Positions 1 through 8,559 of a DNA stretch of 64,000 bases are shown piece by piece. A program made the translations under genes and the position numbers. Position 1 is the stretch's first letter; every line of letters starts with the position of its first letter. The DNA is taken from positions 7,176 through 71,175 of the forward strand of contig JBIKWN010000005.1 in assembly GCA_044356295.1 (NCBI GenBank), written 5' to 3'. Origin of the DNA: Bdellovibrionota bacterium (lineage in GTDB: Bacteria > Bdellovibrionota_C > UBA2361 > JBIKWN01). The notes under the pieces are model-generated. The model searched no databases. It had not been told where the DNA came from and saw only the letters and a program-made list of their open reading frames with translations.

Positions 1-533
1 TGCGAAATCTGTCTACAATGGCTATCAATCGTTGCGTATTGTTCAGTCCAATCGAGAGAGAGTCCTAAATGACGCCATAATTTTTCAAAGTTCTTTTCAT
101 CTTCAACGGTAAGAATTGCGCACGCCTCGATAAAATTCTGGCGCGAAACTAGTTCAGCAGCTTCTTTAGTACCAGGTTCTGCAGGAGTCGGTATCCAATT
201 GCCTTTATAGGTAACAGATGGTTCACAACGAATGTTAAAATAGTTTTGTACGCGTCTTTCTGTCGGCAGTCCGTTGTCATCCCATCCCATCGGATAATAA
301 ATATTTTTACCAGTCATTCGTTGGTAACGAGCTATGACATCTGTTTGTGTATATGAGAAAACATGTCCTACATGTAATGAACCTGAAACGGTTGGGGGTG
401 GTGTATCAACAACGAAGGTTTTTTCACGAGGTTGAGTACTATCCCAGCGATAAATCTGCTTTTCTTCCCAAGCTTTACCCCAAGCGGCTTCAATCTGTGT
501 ATGGTCGTATTTTTCAGGCAGAGTTTTCTTCAT
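1..533 (-). CDS. valS: Valine--tRNA ligase-like class I aminoacyl-tRNA synthetase, N-terminal part; the gene runs off the window start
   Basis: Translating the minus strand from the ATG at 531-533 gives MKKTLPEKYDHTQIEAAWGKAWEEKQIY...TPPPTVSGSLHVGHVFSYTQTDVIARYQRMTGKNIYYPMGWDDNGLPTERRVQ. This is a HIGH-type (HVGH) signature with a ValRS-like N-terminal layout. There is no in-window stop, so the gene is absent from the ORF track. The track ORF 347-634 (+) lies antisense inside it. Confidence 0.6.
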   Translation of the reverse strand, partial: MKKTLPEKYDHTQIEAAWGKAWEEKQIYRWDSTQPREKTFVVDTPPPTVSGSLHVGHVFSYTQTDVIARYQRMTGKNIYYPMGWDDNGLPTERRVQNYFNIRCEPSVTYKGNWIPTPAEPGTKEAAELVSRQNFIEACAILTVEDEKNFEKLWRHLGLSLDWTEQYATIDSHCRQIS

Positions 534-665
534 ATGTGGACCCAACTGTAGCAGGATCTGTCATCGGAATATATGTAGAAATCGATTATGTAAGTAAATT
601 TAAAGCGAATTATGTGGTTATGCTGAGGCGATAGGTCGTGGTAGAAGGAATTTTTTAAATGATAA

Positions 666-1418
666 TTAGTCCTCTTTTTTATCCTTCTTATCACCATGTA
701 ATTTTAAGAGCTTATCAAAGACTCGGTGGCTTTGTCCTTTGTATCCTTCTTTTGAAAGGTGGGGCAATTTTTTACTTATAATTTCATCAGGAACGTCTAT
801 ATCAGTACTGGTAAATGGTTCAGAGTTATTAGTTACTTCGGCAAGTTTATCTATGTAGTCTTCGTGCAGGTTTTCAAATTTACGGGCAGAATCTTTAAGA
901 TGTTCTGAGAATATTGTACTCATATCTTTTTCTTTGCCACGTTTTTTCTCTAGTGCAATTTTATCAACCTCCTGCATAAGGTAGTCGACTACATCAGTAA
1001 GGCCACCTTTTATTTCTTGATACTCTTTCTCTAGAAAATATGGCTCAATGATCTTTATTAAAGTGTCCTTATCTTCTTTAGTTCCTTGCAGAGAAATAAT
1101 TGTATCAAAACCTTTGATTGCTAAAGAGTTGCGATCAAAATTCGGCGGAAGATGAGGGCGGAATTGAACAAATAGACAAAAAGAAGTTTTATTTAATTTT
1201 TTATAATCGTTAAAAAATGAATCAACTTCAGCTGTGGGAAAACTATCTCCAATAAGACAAAGTTGAAAATCCATATCCATATGATATTGAATTGCCTTGT
1301 GAACGGTATTTACAACATCTAGATATTCAAATGTAATTTCAGGTTGCATTGATGCTTCAAGCTCTTCAAGAGCAGACATGGAAGAATCAATGATAAGGGC
1401 TTTTAACTCTATTGGCAT
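666..1418 (-). CDS. Hypothetical protein with an N-terminal receiver-like (pseudo-REC) fold and a Lys-rich C-terminal tail; paralog A of a tandem pair
   Basis: 250-aa ORF. It shares about half of its aligned residues, by eye, with the adjacent 248-aa ORF (shared strings include DIVNxVHKAIQYHMDMDFQ and LSKEGYKGQSHRVF). The acidic N-terminal strand, IGD, and hydrophobic strand patterns resemble a degenerate receiver domain. Confidence 0.55.
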   Translation of the reverse strand: MPIELKALIIDSSMSALEELEASMQPEITFEYLDVVNTVHKAIQYHMDMDFQLCLIGDSFPTAEVDSFFNDYKKLNKTSFCLFVQFRPHLPPNFDRNSLAIKGFDTIISLQGTKEDKDTLIKIIEPYFLEKEYQEIKGGLTDVVDYLMQEVDKIALEKKRGKEKDMSTIFSEHLKDSARKFENLHEDYIDKLAEVTNNSEPFTSTDIDVPDEIISKKLPHLSKEGYKGQSHRVFDKLLKLHGDKKDKKED

Positions 1419-1486
1419 AAACGAACAAATTCCATCTCTATAGATCGTCTAGAAACGGCAAAAACTTGTTATGAAAAGAGATAAAG

Positions 1487-2233
1487 TTATTTTTTTTCTT
1501 TTTTATCGCCGTGTATATTCAGTAACTTATTAAAAACTCTATGGCTTTGCCCTTTATAGCCTTCTTTTGTTAGGCCTGGAAGCTGTTTGGAAACAACGTT
1601 TTCGGGGACGTCTAGTTTTGTTGTTTTAAAAGCCTGGGCGTTATCTGAGGTTTCAATTAGTTTTTCGAGGTAATCCTGTCTTAAGCCGTCAAATTTTTTT
1701 GAAGAATCTTTTAGGTGGTCTGAAAAAATAGTACTGAGATCTTTATCCTTGCCTCGCTTTTTTTCTAAGGCAATTTTATCAATTTCACCCATCAGATATC
1801 CAACTACATCTGGAAGTCCACCAAGAATCTCTTCGTATTCTTTTTGATTCCAATACTCTTTCAGGGCTATTTCTAGAGCATCTTTGTCATCTTTTGTTCC
1901 ATTTTTTGTAATGACAGTGCTAAAACCAATATTTTTTAAGGACGTTCTTTCAAAATCAGCATTGAGATGATCACGGAATTGTACAAAAACACAAACAGAT
2001 TTTTTCGCTAATTTTTCATAATCAGCAAAAAAAGATTTTAATTCCTCTCTAGGGAATTGCTCACTAATTAAACAGATCTGAAAATCCATATCCATGTGAT
2101 ACTGGATAGCTTTATGGACGGAATTTACAATATCCAAATATTCGAATTGGATCTCAGGTTGCAAAGCAGCATCGAGCTCTTCAAGAGCAAACATCTGAGT
2201 ATCAAGAATAAGACCGTTTAAAGTGGTAGTCAT
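1487..2233 (-). CDS. Hypothetical receiver-like protein; paralog B of the tandem pair
   Basis: 248-aa ORF paralogous to 666-1418. It has the same domain layout and the same KEGYKGQSHRVF plus Lys-rich C-terminus. Confidence 0.55.
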   Translation of the reverse strand: MTTTLNGLILDTQMFALEELDAALQPEIQFEYLDIVNSVHKAIQYHMDMDFQICLISEQFPREELKSFFADYEKLAKKSVCVFVQFRDHLNADFERTSLKNIGFSTVITKNGTKDDKDALEIALKEYWNQKEYEEILGGLPDVVGYLMGEIDKIALEKKRGKDKDLSTIFSDHLKDSSKKFDGLRQDYLEKLIETSDNAQAFKTTKLDVPENVVSKQLPGLTKEGYKGQSHRVFNKLLNIHGDKKEKK

Positions 2234-2294
2234 AAGGAAAAGGTAACCACTGGGAATGTCGACATATTTAGTGAAAAACTTTTCATAATAAAAT

Positions 2295-2321
2295 CAAAAA
2301 AAAGCCCTCAAAAATGAGGGC
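2295..2321 (-). terminator. Rho-independent terminator downstream of the superoxide dismutase gene
   Basis: On the minus strand, GCCCTCA-TTTT-TGAGGGC is followed by TTTTTTTT (plus-strand text: aaaaaaaagccctcaaaaatgagggctt). It sits about 100 nt after the sod stop codon. Confidence 0.7.
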
Positions 2322-2418
2322 TTAAATTATGTCTAAGATACTGAATTTATTAACTTTAGTAAGATATAAAGTAAATTTAATCAGTTATATATTTGTTAGG
2401 AAAATATATAAATATTGA

Positions 2419-3012
2419 TTAACGTGCAGTATCAAGACGTTTTGCAACATCATTCCAATTGATGACATTAGCAAAAGCATCTATGTAAGCTGCTCTGTTA
2501 TTTTGATGTTTAAGATAATAAGCATGCTCCCAAACGTCTAATGCAAGAAGGGGGGTAACAACCCATTGTCCAAGATCTTGGTGTTTTTCAGCGGTAAGAA
2601 TTTCTAAGTTTCCAGTCATCCAATTTTTGCAAAGAATAGCCCAACCAGAGCCTTCAACTGCGGTTCCAGCTGCTTTAAATTGATTCCAAAAGCTTTCATA
2701 GCTTCCAAAATTTTTCTCAATCGCTGTTGCTAATGAACCTGATGGTTTGCCACCGCCTTTAGGCGACATATTTTCCCAAAAAATACAGTGAAGGAAATGT
2801 CCAGCGCCGTGGAATGCAAGTTCGCGCTCCCAATGTTTTACAAGTGCAAAATCATTTTTCTCTCTGGCTTCTTTTAATTTTGCTTCAGCGTTGTTGAGGC
2901 CAGTGACGTAGGCTTGGTGATGTTTACCATGATGAAGGCGCATTGTTTGTTCATCGAGGTGTGGTTCAAGTGCGTTATAGTCATAAGGAAGTGGGGGGAG
3001 TTCATGTGTCAT
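2419..3012 (-). CDS. sodB: Fe/Mn-family superoxide dismutase
   Basis: HHGKHHQAYV, FGSGWAWL-like and DVWEHAYYL motifs are present. The track ORF extends to 3051, but SODs normally begin M-x-x-ELPxLPY, so the start is probably the internal ATG at 3012 (MTHELPPLPYDYNALEP). Confidence 0.9.
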   Translation of the reverse strand: MTHELPPLPYDYNALEPHLDEQTMRLHHGKHHQAYVTGLNNAEAKLKEAREKNDFALVKHWERELAFHGAGHFLHCIFWENMSPKGGGKPSGSLATAIEKNFGSYESFWNQFKAAGTAVEGSGWAILCKNWMTGNLEILTAEKHQDLGQWVVTPLLALDVWEHAYYLKHQNNRAAYIDAFANVINWNDVAKRLDTAR

Positions 3013-3089
3013 ATGGGGGTACCTTTTAAAAAAATATCGTAAAGTAATCAATTGTGGGGGACTCTATATCCCTGTAAAGTTTATATCTG

Positions 3090-3947
3090 ATGGGCATTTC
3101 TGACAAATTTTCTAGACTTGTAATCTTACTTTCATTAGGCAGCGTTATTGGTGGTGCTAAGGCTTGCCGTGAAGATTATTGTGTTGCCTGTAATGCAACG
3201 GTCGGAACGATCGCACCAACATCTACCACCACACCAAGTGTAACGCCCACAGGCTCGATTACTCCAACCGTTACTTTAACTTCGATACCATCTGGTACCT
3301 TAACGCCTACTCCTACAGGTACTATTACGATTACGCCAACCCCATCACCTACTGAAACTGATTCAGCAGAAGCCTCTATGAGAGGAGCACTTAGGAAACT
3401 CTCGCAGGAATCTGCAATCGGATCGGCTATGACACAAAAAGCGTTTGGTAATTGGCTTGGTTCAATCGCACAAGATGATTCAGACTCTGACAATGATGGA
3501 TATACTGATTGGCTTGAACAGAATTCTGGATCAAATGTTAATGATGCTTCAAATACTCCAAGATTAAATCTGAAAAAATTTCTCAGAACTGCTGATCATG
3601 ATGGTGATGGATTATCGGATAATGATGAAACGTTACTTGGTACTGATCCTAAAAAAGCTGATACGGACGGAGATGGTTGCAGTGACGGTGCTGAATACCT
3701 TTCAGGTTCCCAGCCAACGGTAAAAGATAAGATTCAAAACGATTCTGATCAAGATTGTCTTTCTGACGAGATTGAAAACGAACTTGGAACAAGCGCTATT
3801 GCAAAAGATTCAGATACTGACGGACTGAGCGATACTTTAGAAATAGCGATAGGAACAGATCCAAATCGAAAAGATACCGATGGTGATGGGATACTAGATC
3901 GTAAAGAAATTGAACTCAGTACAAACCCGCTTATCAAAGATGAGTAA
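3090..3947 (+). CDS. Secreted or lipoprotein-like protein with a Thr/Pro-rich linker and thrombospondin type-3-like calcium-binding repeats
   Basis: N-terminal hydrophobic signal with a Cys nearby; TPT/TIT low-complexity tract; repeated DxDxDGxxDxxE motifs (DHDGDGLSDNDE, DTDGDGCSDGAE, DSDTDGLSDTLE, DTDGDGILDRKE). The antisense track ORFs 3176-3493 and 3749-3952 are artefacts of this low-complexity sequence. Confidence 0.6.
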   Translation: MGISDKFSRLVILLSLGSVIGGAKACREDYCVACNATVGTIAPTSTTTPSVTPTGSITPTVTLTSIPSGTLTPTPTGTITITPTPSPTETDSAEASMRGALRKLSQESAIGSAMTQKAFGNWLGSIAQDDSDSDNDGYTDWLEQNSGSNVNDASNTPRLNLKKFLRTADHDGDGLSDNDETLLGTDPKKADTDGDGCSDGAEYLSGSQPTVKDKIQNDSDQDCLSDEIENELGTSAIAKDSDTDGLSDTLEIAIGTDPNRKDTDGDGILDRKEIELSTNPLIKDE

Positions 3948-4839
3948 CCCACGGAAGCTTTCGCATCAAGCCCATATACGGGTCATAGCCCCAGCATCAC
4001 CTGCAAAAGATTGGAAGTCGTTTCAATCTGCAGTTGATCAGTTAAGAGGTTTTGGATTTACAGTTTCGTTTGGTAAAAATTTCAGAAAGAAACAAGAATA
4101 TCTTGCAGGCAGTGATACAGAGCGGCTCAAAGATCTGCATGATGCTTATAAAGATAAAACAGTCGATGCAATTTTGACGTTACGAGGTGGATACGGAACG
4201 ACTCGACTGCTTGATAAAATCGAGTACTCGTTAATTAAAAAAAATCCAAAACCAATAATAGGATTTAGTGATATTACAGCTTTGCACTTAGCCATACTTA
4301 CCATGACGGGAGTTGGATCGTATTCTGGGCCAAATTTATTTTCGATGTTCTCAGGAAAATCACAGTATTCCTTTCATCACTTCTTACGAGCAGTACTTGC
4401 AACTTCAAAAAAAATAGATCTCTTAACTCATTCTAAAAAAGCACTTCAAAAAGCCAAAGTGATTCGCCCTGGTACAATAAAAGGGAAATTAGTCGGTGGA
4501 AATTTAAATCTTATGTGTTCTCTCCTGGGAACAAAGTATTTTCCAAAATTAAAAGGAACGATTTTATTTTTAGAAGATGTCAATGAAGCCCCGTATAAAT
4601 TTGATAGGCTTTTGACTCAACTCCTCAATGCTGGTGTATTAAAGGGAGTGCGTGGAATTCTTATAGGACAGTGTCATGGGTGTGATAATTGGCAGCCTAT
4701 AGCTATTGAACGATTAAAACCACTTGGCATTCCCATGGCTATTGATCTTCCCTTCGGTCATATCGATGAATTCATAACATTACCTATCGGTTGTGTTGCC
4801 TCAGTAGTAATAGGAAAAGAAATAAAGATTACAGTTTGA
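3940..4839 (+). CDS. ldcA: LD-carboxypeptidase (peptidase S66, muramoyltetrapeptide carboxypeptidase-like)
   Basis: S66 hallmark strings IIGFSDITALH, GYGTTRLL and a C-terminal His region are present. The track start at 3910 overlaps the upstream gene; the Met at 3940 (MSNPRKL) is more likely. Confidence 0.75.
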   Translation: MSNPRKLSHQAHIRVIAPASPAKDWKSFQSAVDQLRGFGFTVSFGKNFRKKQEYLAGSDTERLKDLHDAYKDKTVDAILTLRGGYGTTRLLDKIEYSLIKKNPKPIIGFSDITALHLAILTMTGVGSYSGPNLFSMFSGKSQYSFHHFLRAVLATSKKIDLLTHSKKALQKAKVIRPGTIKGKLVGGNLNLMCSLLGTKYFPKLKGTILFLEDVNEAPYKFDRLLTQLLNAGVLKGVRGILIGQCHGCDNWQPIAIERLKPLGIPMAIDLPFGHIDEFITLPIGCVASVVIGKEIKITV

Positions 4840-5411
4840 TTACTCTATTTATAACACGTCACGGTCGTACTAATTTCAATGAAAAAGGATTGACCTCAGG
4901 GTGGGATAATTCTGAATTAATTGAAGAGGGAAAATTACAAGCTGCAAAGATCGGAGAGCGTCTTAAAATCATTAAGCCAGATTTTATCTTTTGCAGTACT
5001 CTACAGCGAGCAATTGATACTGCTTCTATTATTCAATCAATCTGTGGCGGAGTTCTGATTCAAAGAGATGAGCTTAAAGAAAAAAATCTTGGCAAGTTTC
5101 AAGGAATACCTGAGACTGAATATCAGGCGTTTTTAAAAAAAGTTTCGGGTGATCTAAATCTCTTTAGACCTGAAGGTGGTGAAAGTCGACAAGATGTTAA
5201 GGAACGTGTTGCTCCGGTAATTTCAGAGATCGAGAGAAATTATGAAGGTAAAACTATTTTAATAGTAGGGCACCATAGTACTAATCGATCAATTTTGAGC
5301 GTTTGTTTAGGTGGAGATCCTTCGACGTATACCCAAAGGAATGGTTCTCTTAGCTTACTTCACTTCCAAAATGAGCGCTGGATAGAGGACTATCTTGATA
5401 CGTATACATAG
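4836..5411 (+). CDS. Histidine phosphatase family protein (phosphoglycerate mutase-like)
   Basis: LFITRHGRTNFNEKG carries the RHG catalytic motif, and GHHSTNRSIL lies further in. The probable TTG start at 4836 overlaps the ldcA stop. Confidence 0.7.
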   Translation: MITLFITRHGRTNFNEKGLTSGWDNSELIEEGKLQAAKIGERLKIIKPDFIFCSTLQRAIDTASIIQSICGGVLIQRDELKEKNLGKFQGIPETEYQAFLKKVSGDLNLFRPEGGESRQDVKERVAPVISEIERNYEGKTILIVGHHSTNRSILSVCLGGDPSTYTQRNGSLSLLHFQNERWIEDYLDTYT

Positions 5412-5570
5412 ATATTGTTCTTGAACTTATTTGTAGATTCAATATTAAAAATTAGTACTTCCAGAGAAACTAGGTATTTTTTGCCGTCTTCTGTTTGGAA
5501 TTAATAGCCAATTTAATAAATCACATTAAGTCTTTTTTACATATTGTCGATCCATCCATGAAGAGAATCT

Positions 5571-7094
5571 ATGGAAGTGATCGACCTTTTAATACAACGT
5601 CCAAAAGAATCAAATTTTTCAGTTTCTTCCGATCCGATCCGTTCGCTGTTGGCTGGCTCAGTCATAACAATTGAAGTAGCTACAGATCCACAAACTGGAA
5701 AGCTTGGGATAAAATTCAATGACACATTCTATCCTGTAGAGTCTCTGACAGATTCAAAAATCGGATCATTCATTAAGGTTATTGTTCAATCAAACCTTGA
5801 TCAAATTGTGTTAAAGATGCTTGATAATGGGTTTATTCAATCACATCAATCTTCAATTGACTTAGGAAATAGAAATCCTCTGAATAACATTTCATTGGAA
5901 GATAAAAAGATATTGAGGGAAGCGCTCTCGAATGTTGAGTTGCCTATTAAAAATATTTTACATCAGACAACTGGGGTCAAAGAAATTATCCGAGATGAAC
6001 TAAAAAATAATCTGATCAATAGAAATTTAGATCGACAAGTGCTAACGCAGAAAATAGAAAAAGAAATTATTCAATCCCCACAACAACTCCTCAAAAGTAA
6101 TGATGAAATATTAACAGATAGTAGTAAGAAAAATCTCTTAATGCCTAAAGCAACGTTGATTCAAAAAAACGTTCCTGAGTTCCAGAATACAGAGCTTTCA
6201 CAAACATATCCTCAAAGTTTGAAATCGGTTCCAAGTACTTTGAATGCAGCAGAGATCATTAATACACAAAAAGTAAAAGTAGCTGTAGGTAGTAATCTTA
6301 CTACAGAGCAACAAGAAGTTCTTAAAGGAATCTTAAGCACCGTAACTAAACAGCTTATAGCCCAGCTGTTTCCAATTTTGCAGAATGCATCAAGGGAGCA
6401 ATCAAAAGTTTTTGAGTTAATAAAAGGTCTCATCGATCAGCAAATGAGTCGTATTGTAGGAGTTCAAAAAAATCCTTCTAGTGATGAATCAACTGTATTA
6501 AACCCTTTGTCTCTAAAAGACCTCCCTATTGAGTCAGAAAAGACCAAAATTTTGAATAAAATTAAATCTGTTGCGATATCAGATCAAGTTGCCTTAAACA
6601 GTAATCAAGATGAAGTTTCTTCCTTAAGAATATCAGATCCGCTCCAACGAATGGTTTCCCAATTAGTTGCAGCCACAGATACCTTACAAAGGATTCACAC
6701 ACTACAACCTCAAAAAAAAGAGGGCACCTATTTCTTACTTCCCGTATTGTACGGTAATACAATGCAATTTTCTCAGTCGTATCTTTTAGATGATGATACT
6801 GAACCGAGAAAACAGAATAAAAAACGTCCACAACTAATTAAAATAAAGCTTGTACTTCCCTTCATTGGAGAAATTGTCGTTGAGGCATTAATGAGTGAAC
6901 TTCATGTTGAACTTAGTTTGTATTTAGAGTCTGAACAGGCAAAACAAAATTTTAATTTAGTAAAAGAGTCTATTCTTCAGGGATTCAGTGAAAGTGGCTT
7001 AAATGCAAAATTAACAAATGTTTTTGTTGCACGTAAAAAATCAATTGTCCCAGAATGGATAGCTAAAGAGCTTGGTGTTCAGCAATTGGCCTAG
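5571..7094 (+). CDS. Hypothetical protein with a FliK-like C-terminal domain (possible flagellar hook-length control protein)
   Basis: 507 aa with a low-complexity, Gln/Ser-rich middle. The C-terminal stretch KIKLVLPFIGEIVVEALMSELHVELSLYLESEQAKQNFNLVKESILQGFSESGLNAKLTNVFV fits the Flg_hook pattern (L-P-LG-V-V ... L-V-L ... L-L...GL...V-V). It lies directly upstream of motA. Confidence 0.45.
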   Translation: MEVIDLLIQRPKESNFSVSSDPIRSLLAGSVITIEVATDPQTGKLGIKFNDTFYPVESLTDSKIGSFIKVIVQSNLDQIVLKMLDNGFIQSHQSSIDLGNRNPLNNISLEDKKILREALSNVELPIKNILHQTTGVKEIIRDELKNNLINRNLDRQVLTQKIEKEIIQSPQQLLKSNDEILTDSSKKNLLMPKATLIQKNVPEFQNTELSQTYPQSLKSVPSTLNAAEIINTQKVKVAVGSNLTTEQQEVLKGILSTVTKQLIAQLFPILQNASREQSKVFELIKGLIDQQMSRIVGVQKNPSSDESTVLNPLSLKDLPIESEKTKILNKIKSVAISDQVALNSNQDEVSSLRISDPLQRMVSQLVAATDTLQRIHTLQPQKKEGTYFLLPVLYGNTMQFSQSYLLDDDTEPRKQNKKRPQLIKIKLVLPFIGEIVVEALMSELHVELSLYLESEQAKQNFNLVKESILQGFSESGLNAKLTNVFVARKKSIVPEWIAKELGVQQLA

Positions 7095-7215
7095 ACTCGC
7101 TTTCGGCGGGTCAGTCCTGAGAGTGGATGTTGATTAATTTTTTTGCTCACGCCTACGCTCATGGTCAGGTTCACGGGGGGTTGTTCGTCAATTAACAAGT
7201 TTGATTAGGCTCTAC

Positions 7216-7232
7216 CTGGCATAACCCTTGCC
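7216..7232 (+). promoter_or_regulatory. Candidate sigma-54 (-24/-12) promoter upstream of motA
   Basis: cTGGCAT-AACCC-TTGCc at 7217-7231 matches TGGCAC-N5-TTGCW, with correct GG-to-GC spacing. Caveat: the first ATG of motA (7246) would leave almost no leader. Confidence 0.3.
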
Positions 7233-7245
7233 CTACTCTTTCACT

Positions 7246-8052
7246 ATGAACACAAAAGTACAAAATTTTGACACCAAATTTGCGTCCGAAGAGCGACCTT
7301 ATGACAGAGGTATTATTATAGGTGCTTCTATATCGTTTCTACTTATCGTGGTTGGACTTATTGCTGGTGGCAAGTTGTCAGCAGCCTTTAATCCGATGAG
7401 TTGGTTGATTGTTCTTGGTGGAACATTTGGAGCAACACTGGTTCAGTATTCTTGGTATGACATTAAGCATGGTTGGGATTGTTTCCGTAAAGCTTTAATG
7501 ACACTTGATTTACATCCTCGGGAAAGAATTTCGTACATTGTGAATTTATCACATGCAGTAAGACAAAACGGTTTACTAATCTTGGAAGATGAAGCGCATC
7601 GCACGTATGATCCATTTTTAAAGTTAGCTCTTGAACTGACAGTAGATGGACAACCAGCAGCTGATATTAAAAGAATTCTAGAAACCGAAATGAGAGCTTC
7701 GCAGGATAAAGCACATCGCGGTTCAAATATCTTTCAAACGATGGGGACGTATGCTCCGGCACTTGGATTGATAGGTACCATTATTGGAATGATGCAAATG
7801 CTTGGTGATATGCAAAATGCTTCAAATATAGGTCCAGCTATGGCAATTGCCCTTACGACAACGCTGTACGGAGCAATCCTTTCAAATCTACTTTTTCTTC
7901 CTATTGCAGGTAAATTAAGAAACCATATTGATGAAGAGCTATTAGTGAAAGCTATAACTATTGAAGGGATTCTTGCTGTTGGAAGACAGGAAAATGCCTC
8001 AATGGTAGAGCAGAAATTACAAGGCTTTTTACCCCTTATTCCTAGTGTTTAG
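7246..8052 (+). CDS. motA: Flagellar motor stator protein MotA (MotA/TolQ/ExbB proton-channel family)
   Basis: Four-TM layout, with the conserved C-terminal region GTYAPALGLIGTIIGMMQML...AIALTTTLYGAILSNLLFLPIAGKL. It sits in flagellar gene context. The track ORF starts at a TTG at 7228; the first ATG is at 7246. Confidence 0.75.
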   Translation: MNTKVQNFDTKFASEERPYDRGIIIGASISFLLIVVGLIAGGKLSAAFNPMSWLIVLGGTFGATLVQYSWYDIKHGWDCFRKALMTLDLHPRERISYIVNLSHAVRQNGLLILEDEAHRTYDPFLKLALELTVDGQPAADIKRILETEMRASQDKAHRGSNIFQTMGTYAPALGLIGTIIGMMQMLGDMQNASNIGPAMAIALTTTLYGAILSNLLFLPIAGKLRNHIDEELLVKAITIEGILAVGRQENASMVEQKLQGFLPLIPSV

Positions 8053-8070
8053 AGTTTTTTTCTTGAGTGA

Positions 8071-8559
8071 GTGATGCTACCGAATAAATCTCAATGTGAG
8101 CATATAGAGGAAGGATTTTCTCAAAGTTTTGCTTTGCAATTTATCTCACTGGTATTATTTATCTTAATATTTGTTGTTACTAGTAACTTCTCAAACAGTA
8201 ATTCAGATATTCAGACTAAAGAAGAAGTACTAGAAGTTTCGAATGTACTGAATATAAAAAATTCTGTCCAAGATAAAGTCATCTTTGAGCAGCAATTAAC
8301 ACCAGAATACTTTTCAGCAAACTATAAATCCTTACAACTTTCAGAGTGGCAGCCCTTATTTGAAATGATCAAGGATCATGATCTCTCTGTAGTCGTTACG
8401 CTTGCAGCAGATTCATTATCAGAAAAATTATCAAAAGCTGAATCTACCTATTCACTATTACTTGAAGCTGGAGTTCCTACTGAAGCACTACGTGTAGAGA
8501 CTAGTGTGAAAACAGAAAATGATTTTATAAAACTTATTGAAGGAGACGTCTCATGGTAA
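8071..8559 (+). CDS. MotB-like small membrane protein with a degenerate OmpA-like C-terminus
   Basis: One N-terminal TM segment. The C-terminal HDLSVVVTLAADSLSEKLSKAESTYSLLLEAGVPTEALRVETS resembles the OmpA_C peptidoglycan-binding signature (HTD...LS.RA..V...L...GV...R). Confidence 0.4.
   Translation: MMLPNKSQCEHIEEGFSQSFALQFISLVLFILIFVVTSNFSNSNSDIQTKEEVLEVSNVLNIKNSVQDKVIFEQQLTPEYFSANYKSLQLSEWQPLFEMIKDHDLSVVVTLAADSLSEKLSKAESTYSLLLEAGVPTEALRVETSVKTENDFIKLIEGDVSW

Noticed and set aside
347-634. 95-aa plus-strand ORF in the track
   Set aside because: It lies antisense inside the much better-supported minus-strand valS-like gene (HVGH motif, ValRS-like N-terminus). I take it as an antisense artefact.
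3176-3952. Antisense track ORFs 3176-3493 and 3749-3952 within the TSP3-repeat protein gene
   Set aside because: Low-complexity Thr/Pro-rich and Asp-rich repeats create long open frames on the opposite strand. The plus-strand product has a signal peptide and coherent repeats; the antisense products are pure low complexity.
7228-7245. Track start of motA at a TTG at 7228
   Set aside because: That TTG lies inside the sigma-54-like -12 element and adds six residues with no support. The ATG at 7246 is a more plausible start, though an even later non-ATG start cannot be excluded.
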